Virus record (IMG/VR): IMGVR_UViG_3300005676_000020
Coordinates: 32,001-96,000 of that record
Strand: one strand, 5' to 3'
From: a virus
DNA: 64,000 nt
The position numbers were made by a program, and so were the translations under genes. Below the pieces are notes generated by a model. It saw only the letters and a list, made by a program, of their open reading frames with translations. It was not told where the DNA came from and made no database searches. How positions within the stretch are numbered: position 1 is the stretch's first letter; every line of letters begins with the position of its first letter. Shown piece by piece: positions 28,238 through 37,933 of this stretch.

Positions 28238-29196
28238 ATAACTTGTAACGATTTTAAACATTCTTGAACCTTGGACAGACCATGAACCCTGACCATTTCG
28301 GCAAAGTCTTTCTGTTCGCAAGGGAATATGCCTGTAAAGCCAAACTCCTCACATACTTCCTGAGAAGCTCTAGCCCCGGGAATGTCACTGTCAAAAGCCA
28401 CGAATATCGAGCCTCTTGACTGACCTTTCAGCCAGGTGACAGTATCTACAGAAAACGCATGAACCGACTCATTTTGAACGCTGCAGGTGTAAGGATATAG
28501 TAGCTTAAGGCACATCTTATCCTTTTTTGATTTAGTTACTATTATGCTTCGACATTTTGGTATGTCAAAGACCCCGTCTGCAACCTTTAACGGCACGTTA
28601 GAGACCCATTTTCTGGAACCGGTCTCCAATGGCCTGTATATCTTCCAGTATTTATCCTCGTAAAGATAGGCGAAAACCATCTCGTTAGAGCTCATCGGAA
28701 CTTCCGAACGGTTTATGTACCATTTATCCACCGCGAATACTTTCTCTGTACTCAGTTCTGGCAGACCCTGGTAATAAGAACCCCAGTACTCTAACTCACT
28801 CTTGTAAAAATTCCTAGGCTTAACCTGTATGAGAACCTCACTTTTAGGCCTCTCCTCATACTTTACCGGCTCTCTGTCTTGCCGGCTATCTACGGCAAAG
28901 TCGTTGACTATTTTAATCAAAGCTTGCCTGAATGTCATATTGAACATCTGCATTACAAGGTCAAAGCAGTCCCCGGAGTGTTCTTTTACGACAAAGTCGT
29001 AGTGATGAATCCGGTCGCCGTCTTGCCCCATAACAAACGAAGGGTTACGGTCCTTCCTTAACGGGGAACGTATAGCCTTGTCTAACTTAAAATCTTTTCC
29101 TACATAATACCTGTATATCTCCAGTGGAGATACCTTCCTCAAAACATCTTCTTTTGTAAGGAAAATCGTTGCATCCTTCCTTCTTTCAAGGTTCAT
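28234..29196 (-). CDS. DNA primase (TOPRIM), crAss-like
   Basis: SPLRKDRNPSF, GDCF, KIYRP, VTKSKKD, FDSD..G, KDFAE. Confidence 0.88.
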   Translation of the reverse strand: MNLERRKDATIFLTKEDVLRKVSPLEIYRYYVGKDFKLDKAIRSPLRKDRNPSFVMGQDGDRIHHYDFVVKEHSGDCFDLVMQMFNMTFRQALIKIVNDFAVDSRQDREPVKYEERPKSEVLIQVKPRNFYKSELEYWGSYYQGLPELSTEKVFAVDKWYINRSEVPMSSNEMVFAYLYEDKYWKIYRPLETGSRKWVSNVPLKVADGVFDIPKCRSIIVTKSKKDKMCLKLLYPYTCSVQNESVHAFSVDTVTWLKGQSRGSIFVAFDSDIPGARASQEVCEEFGFTGIFPCEQKDFAEMVRVHGLSKVQECLKSLQVI

Positions 29197-29200
29197 GCAA

Positions 29201-29208
29201 CAAATATA
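29201..29208 (-). promoter_or_regulatory. TATATTTG -7 promoter box for primase
   Basis: 4-nt spacer to ATG. Confidence 0.65.
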
Positions 29209-29210
29209 GT

Positions 29211-29248
29211 AAAAACCCCTGACAATCGCCAGGGGTTTCTTTTTTCTT
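29211..29248. terminator. Intrinsic terminator after SSB
   Basis: AAACCCCTG/CAGGGGTTT stem with A/T tracts. Confidence 0.75.
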
Positions 29249-29249
29249 C

Positions 29250-30080
29250 TTAGTATTGAGCTTTTCTTGGAGCTTCACCGACTATCGGTGAGCTATTATC
29301 CTCCGGAACCTCTCCGGGGATGTACTCAGTCAACGGAACCAAACTGAAAAGTTCAGTAGGGCCATATTTGCCCTTAAGGTCCTCGATGAATTTGTCGACC
29401 ATACCAGGTCGCCTCTTGTCAATGTCCTCAAAATAGGTTATACAATAACCTGGGAGAAACTTCTTAGAATACACATTCTGATAGTATCTCATACCATCCG
29501 GGGTATTCTTACTTCTTACCGTGGCAACTGCCACCACCGTTCCTGCAAACTCACTTCTTGCAAGGTCGTTAAGCTCGCGGAAATCTCCTTTGAACAAACG
29601 ATTCATGTCCAGAAGGATGTTATTCCTTGAACCTCCACGCTCAAGATTCAGCTCGATATCTTTGAGCCAGCTACGGAGAAACTCCATAAGTTCTCCCTCG
29701 CCAACAAGAGCCTCTCTGTAAGTAGCAGCTTTAGTAAACCAGTCACTAAGCTCATTTTCAGAGTTTGCATACAGTGTCTTTCCGACAGCGTTAATGTAAC
29801 GTGTCTTTCCATTTTCGGCCTTAGCCACTTCCTTCTGTAGCCAGAAGTTTAACGGCGTTATAAAGCCGGTTCTCACATCCTTTAACAGGACTTCAATCCT
29901 CACACGTGGAACACCTTCAGGTGTTGTACCCACATACTCAGTTTCTTCAGAATCCTCACTCTTTCTTCCGTAGATTCTGTCTTTCTCTTCCTTGGTTAAG
30001 CTGTAGCCTAATACTTGCCATTCAGCTGGACCAATCCTTAATGTTCTTTCTTTTCTTTCTTTTTTCTGATTTATTTCCAT
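29250..30080 (-). CDS. Putative single-stranded DNA-binding protein
   Basis: Between primase and AAA_24; K..YIN..G, R.A..GE..L..FL..W; acidic tail. Confidence 0.65.
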   Translation of the reverse strand: MEINQKKERKERTLRIGPAEWQVLGYSLTKEEKDRIYGRKSEDSEETEYVGTTPEGVPRVRIEVLLKDVRTGFITPLNFWLQKEVAKAENGKTRYINAVGKTLYANSENELSDWFTKAATYREALVGEGELMEFLRSWLKDIELNLERGGSRNNILLDMNRLFKGDFRELNDLARSEFAGTVVAVATVRSKNTPDGMRYYQNVYSKKFLPGYCITYFEDIDKRRPGMVDKFIEDLKGKYGPTELFSLVPLTEYIPGEVPEDNSSPIVGEAPRKAQY

Positions 30081-30089
30081 TCTATTGTT

Positions 30090-30755
30090 TTACGCCTGCC
30101 ATGAATAATACTCTTTCATCTTCGAGAAGATGTACTCTGCATCATTCGGTATAGTATATCCTTTTTCATCAAACATGTCCGGTGGCACTTTCGTACTCGT
30201 ATCCGGAGCCATAGTCCTCAAGAAGTATTTAACTTCGTCGTTCTTCATATCTTTATCGGCATACATGACAACCGTATAGTAAGATTCTATACGACCTTCA
30301 TACATCTTGCCGTGAACTTTAGCTCTTTTCTGCTTAAACCCTTCTATCAGAAGGAGCTCGTCGTGACCGGTTACCAGTATATCCTTCTTTATATCCCGGA
30401 GAAGGTCCAGGAACTGGACAATCTGCTTGTTAAAAGAAGAGTATATGTCGTAACCCTTAAAGTTGGTCTGACACTCCTGATAGAGCATGTCAAAGGCCAT
30501 GCTTTGACTGTCGATGCCAATGGTTTCAATCTCAGACTTAGAACCAAAATCTTCCAGGTTCTTTATGAAACTGTACCAATTAGCGGGTCTTCCGTGATGC
30601 TTAAATCTCTTTCTAAACGGAAGCGGCTTTCTTTCAGCATTGATGAACCCGAAAGTCTCTTCGTTACAGTTCCTAAACATAAATGTCTTTCCGTAACCTG
30701 ACTGCCCGAGAACCAATGCTTTTCCATAATCTATCCTTTCAATGTTCTTACTCAT
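30090..30755 (-). CDS. AAA_24/Sak4-like ATPase
   Basis: GQSGYGKT, KPLPF, IDS, TGH, GK. Confidence 0.85.
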   Translation of the reverse strand: MSKNIERIDYGKALVLGQSGYGKTFMFRNCNEETFGFINAERKPLPFRKRFKHHGRPANWYSFIKNLEDFGSKSEIETIGIDSQSMAFDMLYQECQTNFKGYDIYSSFNKQIVQFLDLLRDIKKDILVTGHDELLLIEGFKQKRAKVHGKMYEGRIESYYTVVMYADKDMKNDEVKYFLRTMAPDTSTKVPPDMFDEKGYTIPNDAEYIFSKMKEYYSWQA

Positions 30756-30759
30756 CGAA

Positions 30760-30767
30760 CAAATGTA
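30760..30767 (-). promoter_or_regulatory. TACATTTG -7 promoter box
   Basis: 4-nt spacer to ATG at 30755. Confidence 0.6.
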
Positions 30768-30775
30768 AGGGTTTT

Positions 30776-31912
30776 TTAGGAATCATGATAAATAATCCTC
30801 CTTTTTTTGTCTAAAATATTTAGAGTTCTGCGAAGATACGTTTCGTCTACTGAGTCTTTACAGACGAACATGTACAGCTCCGGAGCGAGACTTCGCAATC
30901 CTCGCCCGGCCTTTTGAATCCATTCAAGTCCTTCGTCCTTTCCGCTGCTTAGCTGAATCATCACAACCACTTCAATACCTTCAAGATTCATTCCTTCACG
31001 GCCCATCTTGTTCATGTAAATCTGCGTGATACGACCTTCGTTGAAGTCTTTAAGTACTGTAAGGTTATGCTTTTTGCTCCTTTTGGAACTTATGGCCAGG
31101 TCTCCGCCGAGGCTTTGACACTGTTCTACTGACCCTCCATAACATAGGAACTTTCTGTTACCAAGCGTCTTCAGGAACTTTCGGACATGCTCAGTTTTGG
31201 ATTCGGCTATTACCTTCTTTCTTTCACCACCAAGCCGATTTATCTTTACAGATGCAAAGTTGCTGAAACCGTCATCATTCTGTTTCCAGTACTCCATCTG
31301 TTCTTCTAAGTACCGGATATACCTTTTCTCCGTCATCGGATAAGACCCTGACTTATACTTGGCCATATACTTTTTCGTAGTATCATCAAGCCTTGTATAT
31401 ATGACATGTATAGCCGGGTCGGGTAACAGTCCCATTCTAATAGCCTCGTCGAGGCTCATATGAAAGCGGTGAAAGTCGCCAAGAGAATACAACCTGTCAA
31501 GTACTTCATTCGGGACGGTGGCAGAATCAGCTATAATCCGCTCGTAGTCAATCGTTTGAGCAATATCCTCCTTTAAGGAAGATAGCCGGTGAGCTTCATT
31601 AAACCACAGATTCAGTTTACGTCCACGGTATTTTGACAGAGAGGCATAGCATATTATGTCTTCTATCTTCTGTTCATACAGATGAGTGAATCCATGTTTT
31701 GCTATGTCTCTCCGCATATTCTCTATCTGAATGATTTCAGGAACGACCACAAGCCATTTCCTGTCACTCTCAATACGGTCAATGGCCATCATACACAGAC
31801 GACCCTTACCGGAACCTGTGGGTAATTCACACAGGAACATCTTGTTTTGTTTCGCAAGTTCAGAACCTTGTTCCTGAACCTTTTGTCTTATTTGATTCTG
31901 CCTACTAAGCAT
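30776..31912 (-). CDS. Superfamily 2 helicase (Walker B NEAH variant)
   Basis: PTGSGK, NEAH, SAT, EGMN, QKAGRGLR. Confidence 0.85.
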   Translation of the reverse strand: MLSRQNQIRQKVQEQGSELAKQNKMFLCELPTGSGKGRLCMMAIDRIESDRKWLVVVPEIIQIENMRRDIAKHGFTHLYEQKIEDIICYASLSKYRGRKLNLWFNEAHRLSSLKEDIAQTIDYERIIADSATVPNEVLDRLYSLGDFHRFHMSLDEAIRMGLLPDPAIHVIYTRLDDTTKKYMAKYKSGSYPMTEKRYIRYLEEQMEYWKQNDDGFSNFASVKINRLGGERKKVIAESKTEHVRKFLKTLGNRKFLCYGGSVEQCQSLGGDLAISSKRSKKHNLTVLKDFNEGRITQIYMNKMGREGMNLEGIEVVVMIQLSSGKDEGLEWIQKAGRGLRSLAPELYMFVCKDSVDETYLRRTLNILDKKRRIIYHDS

Positions 31913-32231
31913 ATATAAGACTACACCAATACTGGTGTCCCTTCAGGGCCTCCGCCCTTGTGGAGTATCTTTCCACTACGTCGCCACCTAAACCCCCAGT
32001 AAATATACAAGTCTCGTAAAGTTGAGGTTCTCCTTTAAGCCAGTTATGATCTATACCAAGGAATACGGTGCTTATCATAAAGTCACCTTTGCGAAAGACA
32101 CCTACAAACCTCTTCGGATCGTCATAACTGAACTTGGTAGCGAACTCTATCACATCCTCGGTAGGTACGTGATTTCCTTCTTCGTCCAGGTAGTAGTATC
32201 TGAGCTTTACCTGGTCATCATTCTTTTCCAT
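31905..32231 (-). CDS. Phage hypothetical protein (STVFLGIDH...ET..F)
   Basis: Recognisable phage motif; function unknown. Confidence 0.7.
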   Translation of the reverse strand: MEKNDDQVKLRYYYLDEEGNHVPTEDVIEFATKFSYDDPKRFVGVFRKGDFMISTVFLGIDHNWLKGEPQLYETCIFTGGLGGDVVERYSTRAEALKGHQYWCSLIYA

Positions 32232-32240
32232 CTCACTGTT

Positions 32241-33170
32241 TTAATACCCTATAACTTCTTTGATAGACATATTCTCAAAGTCCTCTATGAACCTAATCAT
32301 CAGGTTAGGCTCTGCATTTCTAGACTTTACGATGTGGGCAAACATGTCGTGTTTGTCCACCGGCACTCCGCTTTTACGGTTTCCATAGAAGGAGATGTTG
32401 AACATCGCCGGTCGATTCAGCAGTATCATCGTCTCCGAATACATTGACGTAGCGTCTCCGCCGAATACGTCGCTCTGCTGAGGGTATGCTTTATCTGTAT
32501 AACTTTCCTGCCGGTTTACAAACTCCCGGTTCATCTGTGTAAGAAACAGGAAAATCACATTACTTTCTTTTTTAATATCGTTAGCGGTTCCAAGAAGGTC
32601 CAGGAGCATTGTTACTCTATCCCCTCCGTGGTGTCTTGACATCTTGGCAAGAATCGTGTGGTCAACCCTAACGACCAGGTTTCTCTTTTTCTCGTCTCGA
32701 AAAGACCTTACGATCTTTGCGAATTCGTCGATGGTATTAGGCTTCTCAACATACCATATGGGTAAGTTTTCATACTTACCCCTTAACAGTTCAGAGACCC
32801 TGTGCATTTCTTCGTCTGACAGCGTGTTATTCTGCGCAGAGCACATGTATTTGTAGCTTCTCTTGAAGTCGTTTGACAGGTTTCGCCTAAGGATTACATC
32901 CGGGGACATTTCCCAGGAAAAGTCCAGTATGTCGAAATCCGGTTCGTTATTCTCCAGGAAACCACGTATCATGCACTCACTGAAAGCAGACTTTCCCACA
33001 CTGGGTCTTCCGCCTACGGTTATAGTACTCCCCCACTCGAACCCTCCTATGTTACAAGAGTCGAGTTTAGGGAACCCTGTACGAAGAGATTTGATAAGCC
33101 CTTTTCGTCGCTTATCAATATAGTCTTCTACGCGGCGGCTGACCTTTGATATGTGTATCCAATCACTCAT
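32241..33170 (-). CDS. DnaB-like replicative helicase (C-terminal domain only)
   Basis: TGF..LD, GGRPSVGKS, FSWEM, VDH, QMNR, K.RN. Confidence 0.9.
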   Translation of the reverse strand: MSDWIHISKVSRRVEDYIDKRRKGLIKSLRTGFPKLDSCNIGGFEWGSTITVGGRPSVGKSAFSECMIRGFLENNEPDFDILDFSWEMSPDVILRRNLSNDFKRSYKYMCSAQNNTLSDEEMHRVSELLRGKYENLPIWYVEKPNTIDEFAKIVRSFRDEKKRNLVVRVDHTILAKMSRHHGGDRVTMLLDLLGTANDIKKESNVIFLFLTQMNREFVNRQESYTDKAYPQQSDVFGGDATSMYSETMILLNRPAMFNISFYGNRKSGVPVDKHDMFAHIVKSRNAEPNLMIRFIEDFENMSIKEVIGY

Positions 33171-33610
33171 ACAAGTCTGTGAGTCCCCTCATCATTCTCA
33201 TGGAATTCTTCGTTAAGGACTCTTTCGCACCAGTCTGCAAGGTCGGAGCCTTCTCCAAGCTTGTAGACAAAATAGGAAGCTGTTCTTATAAACTCATATC
33301 CAACACTTTCTGCATGACGGACGTATTGTCTTGCAGCTTCCAATATTACGTCCGGCGGATAGTCGTAGTTCTTTACGAAATATCGCAGTTTCTTTTCAAG
33401 GTCGTTGTAGTTCGACTTGAAGCTCTTGCCTGTGGACAGGCGTCTTGCCGGGAAGAGTTCCCTGAACTCAGTGACGAAGTCGTTGATTTTGACCTCCTGT
33501 ACAAGGCTTTTCTTGACAGTCTGATAAATCTCCCTCGCCAATTCGTCCATGGAACCTTCCCAGGTTCGCATCTTTTCAGCAATTTTTCTTATCACTTCCT
33601 GCTCATTCAT
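33167..33610 (-). CDS. Replication-associated protein (possible helicase partner)
   Basis: FRELFP, A..YV, YF.YK pattern; adjacent to DnaB. Confidence 0.55.
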   Translation of the reverse strand: MNEQEVIRKIAEKMRTWEGSMDELAREIYQTVKKSLVQEVKINDFVTEFRELFPARRLSTGKSFKSNYNDLEKKLRYFVKNYDYPPDVILEAARQYVRHAESVGYEFIRTASYFVYKLGEGSDLADWCERVLNEEFHENDEGTHRLV

Positions 33611-34022
33611 CCTGTAAAGATACGAAAGTTGGCAAAACTGAAAAAGTTATTTTGTAGTAACGTTCTAGCTCTTCCCACATCTTGTCTATACCATCTCTCA
33701 GTAAGGTTTCCAGTAGTTCTCTCATGTTTACAAAAGATGTCAGCTCGCGGCTATAGCATTTGCCGCCTGTATAATGACAGTGAGTAAAAGTTCCAGTAGG
33801 CACTTCTTGGATTTTTTGATACCAATCTTTACCGTCATCATACTCTAGCTTCATCTCCCCCACTGCTTTTTGATTGTCTTCAAAAGGAACTATGGAGTGG
33901 TAGGCGAGATCTAGAGGCTCCGGGCGTACCAGGTTGGCAAATGAGCTTCCTAAGGTGGTCTCGTTGTTGAGCCTATCAAAGGTTCTCTGAAGATACCAAC
34001 CTGTCTTCACGATGAACTCCAC
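33603..34022 (-). CDS. Hypothetical protein
   Basis: ORF in operon. Confidence 0.6.
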   Translation of the reverse strand: MEFIVKTGWYLQRTFDRLNNETTLGSSFANLVRPEPLDLAYHSIVPFEDNQKAVGEMKLEYDDGKDWYQKIQEVPTGTFTHCHYTGGKCYSRELTSFVNMRELLETLLRDGIDKMWEELERYYKITFSVLPTFVSLQDE

Positions 34023-34366
34023 GACCCCGTGCTTTCCTTTAACAGCGAAGTGGAGTTTTGCCGAGCTAATTCCACTACCGTTTGAAAGAGTGAGTTAAGT
34101 ACGGAATCAGCGTACTCTGTTTCGTCCTTATCGGACAAAGGTACGAACCGGTCGCATTCATACACTTGCTTAGCCTCGTGGCCTTCAATGATTTGAATGT
34201 TTTCCAGTTCTTCTATCTCATAACAAGGTACGATTTGTCCATCCTCGTTCCAGCCTTCTCCTTGAGCAATGGCCGTATAGATTTTACCTTCTACCGGCAG
34301 TACTGCTTTTGGGTCAGGGAATCCCCTGTCGCTGCCGTCTATGCATAATACTTTTAGAGGAAACAT
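34007..34366 (-). CDS. Hypothetical protein, paralog of 50746..51048
   Basis: KVLCI...EGKIYT...YE..RF..L.D.DE. Confidence 0.6.
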   Translation of the reverse strand: MFPLKVLCIDGSDRGFPDPKAVLPVEGKIYTAIAQGEGWNEDGQIVPCYEIEELENIQIIEGHEAKQVYECDRFVPLSDKDETEYADSVLNSLFQTVVELARQNSTSLLKESTGSWSSS

Positions 34367-34373
34367 AGCTTTA

Positions 34374-35048
34374 CTATTTATCCGGCCTCAGTCTTACGAA
34401 AGAGGCGCTTTTAAACATTCCTTTTTTAGTGTAACCACCAACCAGTTTAACTTCGATGGTTGTGCCGATATACTTTTCGTCAAAGTACTCCTTTCTTTGC
34501 TGCCGGGTAAGACCTATTCCGACCTTACCCTTTTCAGTGACAAACTCTTTAAGGAGTCCTTTGTGGGACTTTGCCTTACTAGCTACCAAACCGATAACCT
34601 TTACGTCTACCGTCGTTTCCGGCTTTACCTTTACGTAACGGTCTTCTTCTCTGTTGTATAAAACAAGACCTTCAAACCCACTCTCGACGACAGCCGACAT
34701 CACCATGTCTATCGTATCTGGTTCAGGATTTTCCATTCTGGATACGTAAAGACTTGACTGATAAGTTGGACGTATTACGTGTATCTCTTCGGGTTTAATT
34801 CTTCTTCTTGGTGACTTGGAAGCACTTAATATACTCCAAGTCTCTTCCCACGAACCGCAGTAGATTTCAGCGAATTCAAAGCCCGGCTCTATTATTTCAT
34901 CTGGAAGGTTGTATAAAGGCTTTCCGTTTTTAGAGACGATTCGTCCACTTTCATCCATTCTGGCAAGTATACCGTCTAGTTTAAGAGTGACTAACCATTC
35001 ACCTTTAAGAGCTTTTTTGTCCCACTCTTCCACTTTTAGTTGCTTCAT
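34374..35048 (-). CDS. Minimal ATP-dependent DNA ligase
   Basis: KLDG, EGLV, KVK, FVRLRPDK. Confidence 0.9.
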   Translation of the reverse strand: MKQLKVEEWDKKALKGEWLVTLKLDGILARMDESGRIVSKNGKPLYNLPDEIIEPGFEFAEIYCGSWEETWSILSASKSPRRRIKPEEIHVIRPTYQSSLYVSRMENPEPDTIDMVMSAVVESGFEGLVLYNREEDRYVKVKPETTVDVKVIGLVASKAKSHKGLLKEFVTEKGKVGIGLTRQQRKEYFDEKYIGTTIEVKLVGGYTKKGMFKSASFVRLRPDK

Positions 35049-35523
35049 CGAAAAAACTGATTTGTTGCAGTTTCTGACTGCTGATTTTTGTATCGTATTT
35101 TTCGTCTTTCCAGTCAGGTAGAGATTTCAGTTCTTCTATCTCTTCCTCAGTGTATTTTCCTTCAAAGATGTCCTTGGTAAATTCCAAGGAACGTTCCGCC
35201 AATGCCACAATGTCGGGCTCGTCAGATTCTGTTTCTTTGAAGTAAGATAGCACTGCAGCGTGAAGATTCCTGCCTAAGTGTATAGCATCAGAATAGTACA
35301 GACCGCTGACCGGGCTCTTAACTGCAAAGCCGGCGGCTATCTGAAGGTCTTTCTCGTTCAGTCCTTCGTTCTGTAACTGAAGGAAGTCGGCTTCTGTCGC
35401 TTCCCCTGATTCAAGGAGTCTTCTTAGCTCCATGCCAAACTTCTCGGCGCTGGGAAGGGTTGCCCTCCTAGCATCCATTAACTTTTCTACACCTTCTTTC
35501 GTGTAGGTTCTGGTATTCTTCAT
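35005..35523 (-). CDS. Hypothetical protein
   Basis: ORF in operon. Confidence 0.6.
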   Translation of the reverse strand: MKNTRTYTKEGVEKLMDARRATLPSAEKFGMELRRLLESGEATEADFLQLQNEGLNEKDLQIAAGFAVKSPVSGLYYSDAIHLGRNLHAAVLSYFKETESDEPDIVALAERSLEFTKDIFEGKYTEEEIEELKSLPDWKDEKYDTKISSQKLQQISFFDEATKSGRVGQKSS

Positions 35524-35610
35524 GTGTCTAGTTTTACAGAAAAGTGAAAAGATCTGTCGATGGGACGACAGACCCTTTCACGGTCGTAATTAAGCGCTCG
35601 AAAGGCGGCC

Positions 35611-36471
35611 TTACTGAACTTTAGGGACCACTTCCTGGTCTCCCCATAATAATCTTTTAACTTTAGCCCCTTCACGGTAGTAGTTCCAAGCCTTAAGTAC
35701 AAGGGCGTACTTTTCGGCACTTCCTACCTTCTTCTCTTTCATGTTTATCAACCTTTGTCTCAGAACATAGATGGGACTGTCCACGTCATGGGAGATTCCT
35801 TCTCCGCCAGACAGTTTTTCCATGAAGTCAAAGGCCATCTGCCGGTTTTTCCTTGCAAACAGATATGCAAGACCCGCGTAGGTAGATGGAGAGAAGAATC
35901 GGGCTTTCAGATAGCACCTGGAGCCAAGGTCAACGCACTCTTCCATCAGAGACATACTGTGGGTATTTTCCCATTCGGCAATGTCTGTGTTGGTAACCAT
36001 CTTGTTTTTGCTGTAGTTACCGTGTGAAGAGCCCAATGCTTTGCGTTCATAAAGCAGAACCAGCCTCATAGCTCCGGCAATGACGCCGGCGTTTTTGTGC
36101 CCTTTAATGGACATGATGTCGGTTGCTCTCCTGTTAGAACCAGTGTCGATGACCGTAAATACTTCGGGGTCGAGGCCGGTAACTACCATCATTTTCTGCC
36201 TGGTATCTGACTCAATAATAGCTTCAAGCCGGTGCTGACCGTCTAGGAGTTCTCCTGTTCTGGAGAATCTGATACTGTCGCCGCTGTACTTAAACTCCCC
36301 TCTTTTCATCTGCTCTACCAGGTTCTGCAGGTTGGCTCTTTTGATAGCTCTGTTCTTGGTATTATACTGTAACATCTCCTTGGCAATGTGCGGGGTGATA
36401 GTTACTTCCTGGTAAACCTTTCTCGCTTTAAAGTCGCTTTTGATTTCGTCAAAGAATGACATGTTAATCAA
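35611..36471 (-). CDS. ParB/Srx-like DGQHR-domain protein
   Basis: ITP..A, N..NR, LLDGQHRLEAI, ID.G..R. Confidence 0.8.
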   Translation of the reverse strand: MINMSFFDEIKSDFKARKVYQEVTITPHIAKEMLQYNTKNRAIKRANLQNLVEQMKRGEFKYSGDSIRFSRTGELLDGQHRLEAIIESDTRQKMMVVTGLDPEVFTVIDTGSNRRATDIMSIKGHKNAGVIAGAMRLVLLYERKALGSSHGNYSKNKMVTNTDIAEWENTHSMSLMEECVDLGSRCYLKARFFSPSTYAGLAYLFARKNRQMAFDFMEKLSGGEGISHDVDSPIYVLRQRLINMKEKKVGSAEKYALVLKAWNYYREGAKVKRLLWGDQEVVPKVQ

Positions 36472-37073
36472 TTTTGATTGTTAATAAAGATTTTCTTTCG
36501 GCTTTTCAAGAGATTTGAGAACCTCCCTCCTGGTTTTCCACCACCTTGGTATTTGAGAGGTCCTACTACAGGTACTCCGTCGGTTGACCTGATTATTTCG
36601 GACATGTATATCTTCATTCCCCTTTCAGTCTCGAAGTTCACTATTAGAACTTCGGTCCTTTCCAACTTCTCCACGTCTTTCATTGTGGAGACCTCGTCCT
36701 TATGCGCTTCTCTCTTCCAGGCTTCTGTAGCAGTTGCGATGGCAAGCACCTGTAAGTCCTGTCCCTGAAGCTCGTCAATGATTTTTGGGATAATGGTATC
36801 GAACAGTACATCTTTTGAGTCACGACTTACCAGAAATTCACCTATCGGCGCAAGGGCTATTTTCACCGAATCATCTGAAGGGTCTTTCAGAAGGATAGTC
36901 ATTTCGCCATGGCAGCCGTGGATATCGTTAAAGCTCTTTTCGGCGATTCCAGTAACTAACCTTTCGAAAAGTTCGATTACTTCAGTTTCCTCTTTTGGAG
37001 TACTTACCTTCTTATTCGCAAGCTCCATTCCCAACTTATCAATCCTTTGCTGGATGTCTTTTTCTATATTCAT
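36468..37073 (-). CDS. Hypothetical protein (TEAW motif)
   Basis: ORF in operon. Confidence 0.65.
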   Translation of the reverse strand: MNIEKDIQQRIDKLGMELANKKVSTPKEETEVIELFERLVTGIAEKSFNDIHGCHGEMTILLKDPSDDSVKIALAPIGEFLVSRDSKDVLFDTIIPKIIDELQGQDLQVLAIATATEAWKREAHKDEVSTMKDVEKLERTEVLIVNFETERGMKIYMSEIIRSTDGVPVVGPLKYQGGGKPGGRFSNLLKSRKKIFINNQN

Positions 37074-37392
37074 TGTAGTAGAATTTGTAATTTTCCCTTA
37101 GTTTTTGAAGTGTAATATCGTGGAAGCCGCAGAGGAACGCCTCCATTCCAGTGACCGGTCCGAGTTGTTTGGCAAAGCCAAATACGGGATGAGGAATGTC
37201 TATCTTTCCTTCAATGTATATTCTTTGTCGGTGACCGGCTCTACCTGCAAGATAGACAAGGTTTTCATTCAGCGTCTCTACGGGACCAAAACTTAGAGCG
37301 GCTTCATACAAATCTTCAAAGATATCCTGATTTTCGGGTTCAATCATTTCGGCAAGGAGGGCACCATAGCTTTCTCTATCGGCTATTATCAT
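37039..37392 (-). CDS. Hypothetical protein
   Basis: ORF in operon. Confidence 0.6.
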   Translation of the reverse strand: MIIADRESYGALLAEMIEPENQDIFEDLYEAALSFGPVETLNENLVYLAGRAGHRQRIYIEGKIDIPHPVFGFAKQLGPVTGMEAFLCGFHDITLQKLRENYKFYYNEYRKRHPAKD

Positions 37393-37660
37393 AGTACTTT
37401 ACTGCATTTTCAAAGGTGATTGCCCGTATAGGCTTAAATTTTATTCCTTCACCATCCCACTCGACACCGTCGTAAAAACCGTCCGAGTCCCGGTATATAA
37501 TGTTTCTTCCTTTAAGGTCTATTTTTAGTATCTTCTCAAGGTCTAAAAGTACGTTTTCCATGTTGTTTGTCAACGACCTGGCGTTAGGGTCGTTTGCGGA
37601 ATTGTCTTGAAGTACTAACATCCCGTAATGAAAGAAGAAGTTATAGTTACTCTTCAACAT
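37376..37660 (-). CDS. Hypothetical protein (SLTN..E.V, IIYRDSDG..DG)
   Basis: ORF in operon. Confidence 0.65.
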   Translation of the reverse strand: MLKSNYNFFFHYGMLVLQDNSANDPNARSLTNNMENVLLDLEKILKIDLKGRNIIYRDSDGFYDGVEWDGEGIKFKPIRAITFENAVKYYDNSR

Positions 37661-37925
37661 GCTCTTTGATTTTTTCTTTTACGATGAATGTGGGAACTTC
37701 GTCATCCCCGAACATTACTAGGTAAGCTTCGTTGTCGCCGACTTTAAGACTTCCAACTACCTTGCCTTTAGACCCAACCGGGTGGAAATCTCCTTCATCT
37801 CCAAAAGTTTTTACACATGTTGCCCCTAGTGGAATCTCACAATTAGGATCCCCTTCCAGCATCAGCTCTATAAGCGCTGCAGAGTCTTCGTCGAGCTGGT
37901 TATACCCTACTTTAAGATTGCTCAT
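37647..37925 (-). CDS. Hypothetical SH3-like small protein
   Basis: G..G.VVG...YLV.F pattern. Confidence 0.55.
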   Translation of the reverse strand: MSNLKVGYNQLDEDSAALIELMLEGDPNCEIPLGATCVKTFGDEGDFHPVGSKGKVVGSLKVGDNEAYLVMFGDDEVPTFIVKEKIKEHVEE

Positions 37926-37933
37926 AAAAAAGT

